Of a stretch of DNA of 64,000 nucleotides, positions 25,033 through 37,844 are shown one piece after another; the first letter of the stretch is position 1, and each line of letters begins with the position of its first letter. A program made the position numbers and the translations under genes. The notes beneath the pieces are model-generated. The model was not told the origin of the DNA, made no database searches, and was given only the letters and a program-made list of their open reading frames with translations. The stretch covers positions 26,908,001 to 26,972,000 of the forward strand of contig OZ024763.1 of NCBI GenBank assembly GCA_964016885.1. The letters are read 5' to 3'. Origin of the DNA: Eledone cirrhosa (lineage: Eukaryota).

Positions 25033-26050
25033 TAATATATATATATATATATATACAGCCGACTTTCCACATAATACAATATAGTTAGCACCCCAAACGT
25101 ATAATTGGGAATATACTTAGGTATTTCATAATGTTTGTTGAGTCAAATGGGTGTTGGTCGGAGTATCGCTATTAGCTTTCTCTGTTAATGTATTAAATAT
25201 ATATATATATTAAATATATATATATATATATATATTTAATATATATAAGGTAAACAAAAATAACACAATCGGTACAGTTTATGGAAGTAATATATTAGGT
25301 TAACGCTTGATATAGCAAGAAGACCAACTCCCATCAGACTCAACAAACATTATGAAATACATAAGTATATATAGTTAAATAAAACAAAACACAGGAAGCA
25401 AAATGACGCATTTACATTAGGTTCAGGTTCGCCACTCACACAACAGAATATGCTAGGTGTAGGATAGATAAACACAAACACAATATATATATATAACAAA
25501 GAAAGTGTGGTAAGGAACAAGGTGGACCATAATGCAACAGATTAATCGATATTTAGGGTAGTATAGAGTGGGTAATAGGAAAAGAGTCAGGACCCCGACG
25601 GCTATTTTGGTCCAGAAATAGCCGTCGAAACGGCTTGAGCTCTACTTTCGGGGTCATACTTTTTCCTATTTCCCACTCTACTACCCTCAGTATTGAGTAC
25701 TCTGGTGCGTTATGGTCCATCTGGTTCCTTACCACAATTCCTTTGTTATATATATATATATATATATAGCGAGACAAACCACAAACCCTCCATCTCAATA
25801 ATACTTTTGAAAAGCATAAGAACTGTGACCCGGTAAAGGAAATAAATATTCTTAAAAAGAATCCAGTTGCATTTTCCATTTCTTTTCCTTATACTTTCAC
25901 CCGTGTAGGACATCTTGTTTTTTCTTTAAATAAAAAGAACCTCATTTATATATATATATATATCACACACACATACGTATATATACATACATAATTATTG
26001 GTTAATTTCCTTTACCTTTTCTACGGAAATATTTAACACAAAACACACAC

Positions 26051-26082
<32 letters not shown>

Positions 26083-26265
26083 TAAACTTGGTTGGTCACA
26101 TACGCTAGAACAGGTTGACCACACACACAGGACATATTAGGTGTGGGACACACACACACACACACACAATCCTGTCACCTTAATAATATATATATATATA
26201 TAATATATATACGATATATATTAATTAAAAATATTAACAAAAATAGACATTCGTGTGATCAAGTA

Positions 26266-26329
26266 TATTTTATACATATTTCAGAGGTACTGAGCTATCT
26301 TCAACAGTACGTCCTCATCAGATAAAATA
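26266..26329 (-). ncRNA. Decayed minimal hammerhead (family F)
   Basis: 8-bp stem I tattttat/ataaaata; CTGATGA; stem II ggacgtactg/cagtacctct; GAAA; the stem III and cleavage region is reduced to TATGT. Confidence 0.45.
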
Positions 26330-26906
26330 AGATGCTTGACATACCTTCTAATCTATTGTAAAACTTTATTCATTGATTTATTCATTGAACCTTAAAAATT
26401 TATTCATTGAACCTTATTTATTCATTGAACCTTAAAAATTTATTCATTGAACCTTATTTATTCATTGAACCTTAAAAAAATATATATATACACACACCCC
26501 GGTCACCTTATTCAGTAATATATATTATATAATCCTGTCATTTTATTCAACAATATATATACACACTAAACTAGGTTGGTCACACACACACACGGAGCAT
26601 GTGAAGTGTGGGAGAAACAAACACACAAAGAAATATATATATATATTAGTCACACACACTAGAACACGTTGACCACAGACAGACACAAAGACAAATCATA
26701 AAACAGGTTGGTGTCACTGAAAGTTTCGTCCATTTAACTGGACATCATTGCATTGGGCCAAGTAATTCACCTTAAAACAAATTCAAAATCTCTGCTTCCA
26801 AATAATAACTAAAAAAAAGGAGCAGATGAGCGCATATATACACCCCGGGTAACCACAGTAAATAAGGTACTCAATACATAGAGTATAAATATTTAATATA
26901 GAAATA

Positions 26907-26957
26907 GCTTCTACAGAACTAGAACTGTTTCATTCGGAAGAAATCATCAGGAAAGCC
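26907..26957 (-). ncRNA. Family C hammerhead, opposite strand
   Basis: Minus strand reads ggctttc CTGATGA tttcttccgaat GAAA cag ttctagtt ctg TA gaagc. A further copy with an unpaired stem I lies at 5152-5196 (+). Confidence 0.58.
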
Positions 26958-27006
26958 CATCAGGCTCACCAGGTTACCCCCGATTGAACCCGAGATAAAC
27001 TTTTGG

Positions 27007-27045
<39 letters not shown>

Positions 27046-27159
27046 AGATAAGTTTTTCCCTGGTTCAGTCGGGGGTAACCACAGAAAGTAAGGTACTCAA
27101 TACATAGCAGAGTATAAATATTTAATATAGAAATGGCTTCTACAGGACTAGAAGCAGCT

Positions 27160-27208
27160 GCTTCCTGATGATTTCTCCCGAATGAAACAGTTCTAGTCCT
27201 GTAGAAGC
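27160..27208 (+). ncRNA. Type-I hammerhead ribozyme fold, family C
   Basis: Stem I gcttc/gaagc; CTGATGA 27165-27171; short stem II (t)ttc-tccc-gaa(t) with a U.U closing pair; GAAA; stem III cag/ctg with a ctag-containing loop; GUA triplet. Confidence 0.62.
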
Positions 27209-27210
27209 CT

Positions 27211-27256
<46 letters not shown>

Positions 27257-27749
27257 GGATTTAAATGGATACAGTTCAGTTAAAAGGAATTTATTGACGC
27301 GTATTTCAATCTCCGGATTACTTTTGCAACTACAACTGGAACCGTCGAGCAAACTCTACGTGAGCTGTCCATCTACTGTGTCTAATAATCCTATTACAAC
27401 ACTACGGAAAATACTGTGTATATATATATATATATATATACATACATAGGTGTTAGTGAGTGTATATTTACCTTATCGAGACATGGACATATACAGCCCA
27501 TAGCAGTAAAGGTTATGTCAACACTGAAGCAATATAGAGAGGGCTGGTGGTTTTGATTTCTGTCGAACGAGGTAGCTGGATCCGAATAGTGATACCAAAT
27601 GACAAACACTCGGCTGTACTGTTAACCTATATAAGCTACCACACCGGGTGATTTCAAATATATTTCGTCTACTCTACTTTTTTTTATGAGGTAGGGTCGT
27701 GTGGTGTATGTGTGTGTCTATATATATGTATGTGTGTGTGTTAATATAT

Positions 27750-27857
<108 letters not shown>

Positions 27858-27885
27858 GTATATATATATGTATATGTATATAAAC

Positions 27886-27968
<83 letters not shown>

Positions 27969-28661
27969 CAAAAAATGGAATCAACCAACTAAATGTATGT
28001 TACTGATTAAGATATTAAAGTCAAACGTTTATTTAATCAACAGGTAGTTAGGTGTGTAAAGTATAATGTAGACATGCTATCGCTAATCAACTTACATGTC
28101 CCAAAACTACTACTATCAATTCTTAAACAAGATATCTGACCCAAAGTAATTCTGCCAATCTGTGAGATAGTGTTCCCTGTCCTAAAATTACTTCTAATAA
28201 TCCAGGTAATAATTTCTAAAAGTACTTCTAATACTACTTTTTTCTACCAATGCAGGGTTACCTGTCCTAAAATTGCTTCTAATAATCCAGCTAATAGATT
28301 CTAAAAGTACTTCTTTTTACAAATCCAGGCTCACCTGATATAAAGGTAATTTTTCAAATCTGTGTAATAGCGTTACCTGTCCTAAAAGTATTTCTTTCTA
28401 CTAATCCAGGTGATAGTGTTTACCTGTTCTAAAGGTAATTTGACACCTGTCCTAAATGTAATTCTATCAATCCAGGTAAAATGTTTACCTGACCCAAAGT
28501 ACTTACAACAATCTAGGTACTAGGTTTACCTGTCCTACAGGTAATTAATCACCTGTCCTAATACTAATTGTGCCAATCCAGGTAATAGGATGAATTTCGT
28601 AATATTAATTCCAGTTATCAAGGTAATAATTACCTGTCTTTTAAATACTTTCTGTCAATTG

Positions 28662-29790
28662 TTAAATTGATAGTGGCTCTACCTGGAGTGACTCTCTGAT
28701 ATCTGAGCTACAAATCTGTCCACAAATTCTTTCCTGAGACATTCTAACCACATGCCCATAGTATCGGAGCTGTGATCTCTCAATTCGGAGAAGTAGCAGC
28801 TCTACCTGGAGTGACTCTCTGATCTCCGAGCTACAAATCTGTCCAGCGATTATTTCCTGAAACATTTTAACCACATGCCCATAGTATCGGAGCTGTGATC
28901 TCTCAATTGGGAGAAGTAGCAGCTCTACCTGGAGTGACTCTCTGATCTCCGAGCTACAAATCTGTCCAGCGATTATTTCCTGAGACATTCTAACCACATG
29001 CCCATAGTATCGGAGCTGTGATCTCTCAATTGGGAGAAGTAGCAGCTCTACCTGGAGTGACTCTCTGATCTCCGAGCTACAAATCTGTCCAGCGATTATT
29101 TCCTGAGACATTCTAACCACATGCCCATAGTATCGGAGCTGTGATCTCTCAATTGGGAGAAGTAGTGGTTCTACCTGGAGTGACTCTCTGATCTCCGAGC
29201 TACAAATCTGTCCAGCGATTATTTCCTGAGACATTCTAACCACATGTCCATAGTATCGGAGCTGTGATCTCTCAATTCGGAGAAGTAGCAGCTCTACCTG
29301 GAGTGACTCTCTGATCTCCGAGCTACAAATCTGTCCAGCGATTATTTCCTGAGACATTCTAACCACATGCCCATAGTATCGGAGCTGTGATCTCTCAATT
29401 GGGAGAAGTAGTGGTTCTACCTGGAGTGACTCTCTGATCTCCGAGCTACAAATCTGTCCAGCGATTATTTCCTGAGACATTCTAACCACATGTCCATAGT
29501 ATCGGAGCTGTGATCTCTCAATTCGGAGAAGTAGCAGCTCTACCTGGAGTGACTCTCTGATCTCCGAGCTACAAATCTGTCCAGCGATTCTTTCCTGAGA
29601 CATTCTAACCACATGTCCATAGTATCGGAGCTGTGATCTCTCAATTCGGAGAAGTAGCAGCTCTACCTGGAATGGCTCTTTGATCTTTGAGATATGCACT
29701 CTATCGAGTAACGTTACTCCAAAGACTCCTTCGGAGGAACCCAGATGTCTCTATACGAATGCCCGAGTATTTGGGTTCGGATACATGGTG
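28662..29790 (-). repeat. 123-bp tandem array (about 8.3 copies) of RTE ORF2 sequence forming a 345-aa open frame
   Basis: 41-aa unit LQVELLLLRIERSQLRYYGHVVRMSQEIIAGQICSSEIRES; flanking RTE-like sequence continues to about 29790. Confidence 0.9.
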
Positions 29791-30222
29791 CTAAAGGCGG
29801 GTAATTGGCAGAGTCGTTAGAACGTCGGGTAGAATGTTTCGAGGTATACGTTTCGGCTCTCTAGCCTCTGAGTTCAAATCCCTCCGAGGTCAACTTTGCC
29901 TTTCACCCATTCAAGGTTGAGTAAAAAAAGTACCAGTCTAGTACTGGGGTCGATTCTTCCTCTATATCTCGTTCTCACTTCCTTTTGTCTCACTCTCTCT
30001 ATCCTTCTCTGTTGTTTTTCATTCATTCGAGGTCGATAGAAAAAAGTACCAGTCTAGTACTGGGGTCGATTCTCACTTCCTTCCTCTCTCCTTCCCTGGA
30101 AGAAATTTGCTGTATTCAGACATGGAGAGGAGATGGGCTCTGACAGGTGTAAAAAAAAAATGCCCTAGAAACGCCGTATGTCAATACGGCGCCCCTACGA
30201 TCCCCTTGGGAGTTACGGGACC

Positions 30223-30253
<31 letters not shown>

Positions 30254-31182
30254 CATACATACATACATGTGGTGGCTGCCAACTCGTTTTAGAGTACGGC
30301 CACTACTTTATATGCATGTAGGAGAACCCCTACTGATGCGCTGAACGAGTGTGTCTCTTAACCAAGATGATATTTACCAAAAAGAAGAACAAGTCAACAT
30401 CATTGGATACCATCAGGGTTGCAGGTGTTATATCAGAGTTTTCCTTCTCCTAGAATTCTGCCTTGACAAAGGCTAAAGGGTCATCTCTCCCGGTGATTTT
30501 GGATGGCCATTGACTCTTAAGAGCTCCTTTGCCCTTTGACAGGTTTTGTTTTTAGTCCTGCAGGATGTCCAAAGTCACCCTCCTCACCAAGAAACCTTGG
30601 GGTTGCCAGTTTAGTCGCCAACGACCCGACCATGGGTCAGGTTGTACTGGGATACATGTTACCAGTAGCACCAACTGGTGACCATACATACATACATACA
30701 TACATACATACATACATACATACATACATACATACATCTTTAGCTTCATACCCATCATTATTGGAGCTACGGGTTATATAACAACCCGCTTGGACCAAAG
30801 TATGACTGAACTTGGATTTGCGGACAAAAAGCGCAGCTCCCTAATTCATAGTCTACAAATGGCTGCGATAGCTGGCACCTTCAAAATTTGCAAAACATTC
30901 TTGCGATTCAAGGGATGACAATTTCTTTTCTTTTACAACCTTGCCACCAGGAAGGTGGCCGGTCAAAACAATTATACTCGAAATTAAGAGAAAAAGATAA
31001 CATACATGCATGCATACATACATACATACATACATACATACATACATACATACATACATACATACATACATACATACATACATACATACATACATACATA
31101 CATACATACATACATACATACATACATACAAACAAACAAACAAACAAACAAACAAGGTGCTAAATTTACACTAATTAACTAA

Positions 31183-31333
31183 CGTATTTCCCGGCACCGA
31201 AGACGCTTCGTTCTCGAGGACGCACCCTTTTGAAAAAAAAAAACAAACAATCTTCGGCCTCCAGGACGCATGGTAGATTTTTGAGACTTATTTTAGGAAA
31301 AAAGTAGCGTCTTCGTCGCTGGGAAATACGGTA
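31183..31333. mobile_element. Tc1/pogo-like MITE
   Basis: Terminal inverted repeats cgtatttcccggcaccgaagacgc and gcgtcttcgtcgctgggaaatacg. Confidence 0.65.
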
Positions 31334-31719
31334 GTTAGAGTTATAATAAGTGTTTCTACTTTTCGCACAAGGCCAGCAATTATCCCAGTGTATTACTGGT
31401 ACTTTATTTTATCGACCCCGTAAGGATGAAAGGCAAAGTTAACCTCGGCGGGATTTGAACACAGAATGGCAAGGGCCGTAACTTTATGCTGCAAAGCATG
31501 GCGTCCGACCCTCTGTCGATACTGCCAATCCACCACCATAAAAACTCAAAAATGTGTTTGTGTGTGTGGGCTGGTGGTGGTGGTGGTGGGGGGGGGTACA
31601 CTGTGTGTATGCAGGGTGGTGGAGAGGATACATAAGGTGTGTGTGGGAGTGGGGTGTGGCGGGGAGGGTACACTGTGTGTGTATTATAAGCAAATGGGGT
31701 CCCACGCGCTAGCCACCCC

Positions 31720-32600
31720 GCACCCCGGCGGACAGAATAGAGAAGGCGTTTCTACGGAGGATGGTATGAGAGATGCGCTGGAAGAGCCATTCCAACTCGC
31801 GAGGCTCACACCTGCGGCTGGCGAGCTCAGCGCCTATGGTGGTGAGTAGGGAGGTAGCCCTAGGGCCAAGGACACCAGAAGTCTCCACTGCTACAGGTAG
31901 CCAGGTCTGTGCATATGGTGGTGAGTAGGGAGGTAGCCCTAGGGCCAAGGACACCAGAAGTCTCCACTGCTACAGGTAGCCAGGTCTGTGCATATGGTGG
32001 TGAGTAGGGAGGTAGCCCTAGGGCCAAGGACGCCAGAAGTCTTCACTGCTACAGGTAGCCAGGTATGTGCCTATGGTGGTAAGTAGGGGGGTAGCCCTAG
32101 GGCCAAGGACGCCAGAAGTCTCCACTGCTACAGGTAGCCAGGTCTGTGCCTATGGTGGTAAGTAGGGAGGTAGCCCTAGGGCCAAGGACGCCAGAAGTCT
32201 CCGCTGCTACAGCTAGCCAGGTATGTGCCTATGGTGGTAAGTAGGGAGGTAGCCCTAGGACCAAGGACGCCAGACGTCTCCACTGCTACAGCTAGCCAGG
32301 TATGTGCCTATGGTGGTAAGTAGGGAGGTAGCCCTAGGGCCAAGGACGCCAGACGTCTCCACTGCTACAGGTAGCGAGATCTGTGCCTATGGCGGTGAGT
32401 AGGGAGGTAGCCCTAGGGCCAAAGACACCAGTAGTCTGCACTGCTACAGCTAGCCAGGTCTGTGCCTATAGTGGTAATTAGGGAGGTAGCTCTAGGGCCA
32501 AGGACACTAGAAGTCTCAACTACCAAGGGCACGACCGCGAACCTGTTGGAGTGCGACCGGAACTTGGAGAGTTTGGCCTCTTCAGCCCGACATGCAGCAT
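31720..32600 (-). mobile_element. CRE-type non-LTR retrotransposon C-terminal (restriction-like endonuclease) fragment with an internal 79-bp array, about 9 copies
   Basis: AEEAKLSKF...PVAVETSGVLGPRATSLLTTIGAELASRRCEPRELEWLFQRISHTILRRNAFSIL; period 79 (31861, 31940, 32019...). Confidence 0.75.
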
Positions 32601-33614
32601 ATAGTGGGAGCCAATATAGCGGTTGTTGGTGCAAGGTAGACTACTTTGCTTATCTATATTACTTTTACTTTAGAGCTTCCTGGTAACACAGCCACACATA
32701 ATTTTTTTACTGATATAGCTGTAGCTTTTCACTCATGGATTCATTACAGCATAGAGTTACGGCGCTTTACGTTCTGGATTCAAATCTCGCCGGGGTTAGC
32801 TTTGCTTTTTGTCCTTACGGGATTGATAAAATAAAGTACCAGTAATGCACTCCGGATCGATTTTATCGACTTTTGCCTCCTCTTCAAATTTCTGATGTAC
32901 CTAAATCAGAATGATTGACGCATAGAGTTACGGCCCTTGTCATTCTCAGTTCAAATCCCGCCGAGGTTAACTTTGCCTTTCATTCCTTACGGGGTCGATC
33001 AAAAATAAAGTACCAGTAATGCACTGAGATAATTGCTGGCCTTGTGCCAAAAGTAGAAACAATTATTATATTAGCTTTGCCTTTTATCCTTACGGGGGTC
33101 GACAAAATAAAATACCAGTAATGCACTGGGGTTGATTTCGTCGCCTTTCTCCTTCATTTCAAATCGATAGCCTTGTGCCTAATGTAAAAATGACTATGTG
33201 TAGTGTTTGCACATATTAGAATTTTTTGTGTTTTTCTAATTTAACTTTGCTTTTCATCCTTGTATTTAACCCTTTAACATTTAAACTGGCCAAACCTGGC
33301 CAGAATTCTCTCACCTCTTTCTATTCAAGCCGGCCATAACTAGTTGCTCATACTTATTTTAAGGTATTATTCTCAAGATTGGCAGTATCGGTAGAGGGTC
33401 GGACACCATGCTTTAAATCAGCCGTATCCGTCCAGAATTCTCTCACCTCTTTTTATTCAAACCGGCCATAAATGGCTGCTCATACTTATGTTAAGGTATT
33501 GTTCTCAAAATAAATAATATCAAAATCTCATAGATTCACTATTATGTGAGGTAAAGTGTTTACCATTGAAATACAACAGTATATATAGAGAGTAACGTAA
33601 TTGATAAAGGGTTA

Positions 33615-34510
33615 AGTACGCTGGCCTGACCGACCGCTTCCTCTTTGTACTGGTACCCGTCGAGACATCTGGTGTCCTTGGACCCCACATTACCACAATG
33701 AAGAAGGTGATAGTCAAATACCGGCCTGACCGACCGCTTCCTCTTTGTACCGGTCTCTGTCGAGACTTCTAGCGTTGGAAAGACGGAGGCCCACTTGAGG
33801 AGGGAGTCTCGCGAGGTGGGATGGCTATTGCAACGGGTGTCTCTGACCATTTTCCTTCAAGATCTTTGATGTCCGTGGTCCCCGCACTGCTGATTTCTTC
33901 TGTAAAGTCGGAAAGACGGTGGCCCGCTTGAGGAGGCAGCCCCGTGAAGTGGGGGCGGCTACTGTAGCCAGTGGCTTTGGCCATTCTCCGCGGTAATGCT
34001 TTTGCCATTTTGTCCGCGGGGCGCAGCTGAGGCACCACTCAAAGTGGGGTGTAACCTATGTCCCTCCCTCTCTCCCTTTCTTTCGCCACTCGATCCTTCT
34101 TTCTTTGTCTCCTTTTCAGTTTCCTTTTCTTCTTCCTTTCTGTGCCTGAAAAATATTCAATGACCCCTGTGGTGTGTGACCAACTGAGGCATTTGGTGTT
34201 TTTTCTTTCTCACTTTGATTATATATTTGTGTAGTCTCTTCGGCCACAAACCCCGGTACTGCGGCCCGCAATGCAGAGGAAAGGAAGACAAACAAATACT
34301 GAGGATTGTCCAGACGCTTCCTCTTCGCATCGGTCGCCGTCAAAACCTCAGGCATCCTTGGACCCAGTATTGCCAAGTTCCTCCGCAAGATCGGAACGTC
34401 GGCAGGCCGTCTGATAAAGGAGTCCTGCGAGGTGGGGTGGCTGTTGCAGCGGGTGTCACTGGCCATTGTCCGTGGAAATGCTTTTGCAGGCTTGTCCGTA
34501 GGGCGCAGCC
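33615..34510 (+). pseudogene. Two or three degraded CRE-type endonuclease-tail fragments without arrays
   Basis: FLFASVAVKTSGILGPSIAKFLRKIG...EVGWLLQRVSLAIVRGNAFA. Confidence 0.7.
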
Positions 34511-34694
34511 CAAACACCGCCACGTCCTAGGCTCAGAACCCGTTCCGGTCCTTCTCCTCCCCATTTTTGGTGACCCCAAAGCCCTTGCCTTTCCCTTCAT
34601 TTTCTGTATTTATTTAGGAATATTTCTAATTATATTTGTTTCATACAACCCTTTTTTTATTACATGTATTAACTGTTGCCCTCTGACAAGTTTG

Positions 34695-35745
34695 CAGTCG
34701 AGCCCCTAGCAGTGAAGACTACTGCTGTCCTTGGCCCTAGGGCTACCTCCCTACTTACCACCATAGGCGCAGACCTGGCTACCTGTAGCAGTGAAGACTA
34801 CTGGTGTCCTTGGCCCTAGGGCTACCTCCCTACTTACCACCATAGGCACAGACCTGGCTACCTGTATCAGTGGAGACTTCTGGTGTCCTTGGCCCTAGGG
34901 CTACCTCCCTACTTACCACCATAGGCACAGACCTGGCTACCTGTAGCAGTGGAGACTTCTGGTGTCCTTGGCCCTAGGGCTACCTCCCTACTCACCACCA
35001 TAGGCGCTGAGATGGCTACCTGTAGCAGTGGAGACTTCTGGTGTCCTTGGCTCTAGGGCTACCTCCCTACTTACCACCATAGGCACAGACCTGGCTACCT
35101 GTAGCAGTGGAGACTTCTGGTGTCCTTGGCCCTAGGGCTACCTCCCTACTTACCACCATATGCACATACCTGGCTACCTGTAGCAGTGGAGACTTCTGGT
35201 GTCCTTGGCCCTAGGGCTACCTCCCTACTTACCACCATAGGCACAGACCTGGCTACCTGTAGCAGAGGAGACTTCTGGTGTCCTTGGCCCTAGGGCTACC
35301 TCCCTACTCACCACCATAGGCACAGACCTGGCTACCTGTAGCAGTGGAGACTTCTGGTGTCCTTGGCCCTAGGGCTACCTCCCTACTCACCACCATAGGC
35401 ACAGACCTGGCTACCTGTAGCAGAGGAGACTTCTGGTGTCCTTGGCCCTAGGGCTACCTCCCTACTCACCACCATAGGCACAGACCTGGCTACCTGTAGC
35501 AGAGGAGACTTCTGGTGTCCTTGGCCCTAGGGCTACCTCCCTACTCACCACCATAGGCACAGACCTGGCTACCTGTAGCAGAGGAGACTTCTGGTGTCCT
35601 TGGCCCTAGGGCTACCTCCCTACTCACCACCATAGGCGCTGAGTTGGCCAGCCGCAGGTGTGAGCCTCGCGAGATGGAATGGCTCTTCCAGCGCATCTCC
35701 CTTACCATCCTCCGGGGAAACGCCTTCTCCATTCTGTCCGACGGG
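34695..35745 (+). mobile_element. CRE-type fragment with an internal 79-bp array, about 12 copies, inverted relative to 31720-32600
   Basis: Same unit, ending in ASRRCEPREMEWLFQRISLTILRGNAFSIL. Confidence 0.78.
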
Positions 35746-35896
35746 GCTGTGGGGCGGCCTGCTCGTGGGACCCCATTTGTTCAAAATAGTGAGAGATGGG
35801 GAGGGCGAGAGAGATGGAGGCGATGACAGTGGGAGTTTGGCTCTTCTGTGTTCAGACCTGGTGTATGTGTATGTGTACCATTATTATTATTATTAG

Positions 35897-36282
35897 GGCG
35901 GTGGATTGGCAGTATCGGTAGAGGGTCGGACGCCATGCTTTCCAGCAGAGTTACGTCCTTTTACGAACTGAGTTCAAATCCCGCCGAGGTTGACTTTGCC
36001 TTTCATCCTTACGGGGTCGATAAAATAAAGTACCAGTAATGCACTGGGTAATTGCTGGCCTTGTGCCTAAAGTAGAAACATTTATTATTATTATTGGTGG
36101 ATTGGCAGTATCAGTCGAGGGTCGGACGCCATGCTTTCCAGCATAGTTACGTCCTTTTACGATCTGAGTTCAAATCCTGCTGAAGCTACCTTTGCCTTTC
36201 ATCCTTAGAGGGTCGATAAAATAAAGTACCAGTAATGAACGTGTGGGTAATTGCTGGCCTTGTGCCTAAAGTAGAAACAATT
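35897..36282 (+). mobile_element. Two near full-length SINE family 1 copies
   Basis: ggcggtggattggcagtatcggtagag (A-box region), gagttcaaatccc (B-box), gcctttcatccttacggggtcgataaaataaagtaccag core, (tta)n tail. Confidence 0.85.
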
Positions 36283-36463
36283 ATGATTGTTTTTGTTGTT
36301 ATAGTCTTTTTTATTTAATCTTTAGTAGCGGTGTTTTGTTTTTATTAGCTACTACTCAATTATTTTTATATAATGAGTTTTTTCATAAACAGGTTGTTCT
36401 AATAACAATAGCAAAGAAGTGAATGTGTGACTAAAATGTGTGGGGTAAATAAATATATACATA

Positions 36464-36850
36464 TACGAGGGGGCTTCATGAAACGTGCGTGCAAAAAGGA
36501 CAGTTGGAAGAAACGGTTTAAGTTATGATGTTTATTTTTCAACATATGCTCCATCTAGGTCAAGACACTTCTACAAGTGTTGATACCAGTCTTTAAGTTC
36601 ATCTGTGTAAAACTGAAGGCCATGTTATTTAAACCATGTCAAAGCACCTTTTTTACATCTTCAACTGGGGGTCATCTTCAACCTCATCTCTTCCACTTCT
36701 AAAACGACTTATTCATTGGTAGGTAATTGATTTCTTTGGGGGCATTGTCCCCATAAACTTGCTCCAGAGTGTCAATTATTTGGCTGCTCTTCCACCTTAG
36801 CTTTACCAAACATTTGATGTTTTGATGGAGGCTATGTTGCTTTAGCGTGT
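36464..36850 (-). mobile_element. Internally deleted mariner (Hsmar2/irritans-like) transposon
   Basis: N-terminal HTH NIKCLVKLRWKSSQIIDTLEQVYGDNAPK joined to C-terminal FYTDELKDWYQHL*KCLDLDGAYVEK; TIR-like tacgagggg at 36464. Confidence 0.8.
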
Positions 36851-37844
36851 GCTGATTTCCGACTGACGGCGCCGCATTGCCACATGCATTTAAGGGTTTA
36901 TAACGGCGGCGAATATTCGAAACCGAATCTGAGCTTTCCCGCCTCTGGGACAAGCCGTGGTTAGTTGTTTACGCCCGGCAGACCAATCCCTTGGGAGATG
37001 TTAAACACAGGTCAGATGTTGTTTACGCCTGGCAAAAAAAGAGGTCAGATATATCCATCCTTCTAAGTTGTTTACGCCTGGCAGACCAACCCCTTGGGAG
37101 ATGCTAACCAAAAGTCAGAGGATATATCTATCCTTCTAACTTCAACCATTATAAATACAAGTGTTGTTTACGCCCCGGCAGAAAAAGTGGACTACAGACA
37201 AGACAGGTCGCATTTACACGCTCTCGTCACGAAAAACGCCTGTCTACTAACTTCTCACACGCCATTACACGCCTGACTGAGTGATTACTACTACTGCTAA
37301 AACAAGAAAGTATACTAATACGCACACGCACACATAGTAAGTTCACACTGTTTGTATTTTACACGTACCATTTCTGTTTGTCAGATTGTATCTTTCAGAA
37401 AGAATACAATTATATTATAATCGTATTCTGTGATACTTGAATTTACGTGGCTCGAAGATTTACGAATATTTCATGTTATAGATTTTATCATCCAATATTC
37501 AAATTGAATATTGTTATAATAAAATAAACATTGTAACAACACAATCCTGGTATTATTCTTTGCATTGAAACCAACATACCAACAATTCCATCTATCCACT
37601 TATCCGTTACAACTGGATTATTCGCTACAGGTTCACGTTAGAATATGTTATGACACGTCAATACGAGAACATACAGGTGTATTGAGGTCAAAATCCCTGC
37701 ATATGATTTTTAGCTATCTACTTTTTCCACGAAGGTTCAAACACAATGGAACCAAACTCTCACTGTCACTGCCCCCGCCTCTGCCGCTCTCCCCATCTCT
37801 CACTATTGTGAGCAAATGGGGGCCAACGCGCTATCGCTCCATGG

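Noticed and set aside
26714-26750. Minus-strand GTCCA/TGGAC hairpin followed by GAAAC
   Set aside because: It lacks CUGANGA and has a GUG triplet, so it is at best a dead relic.
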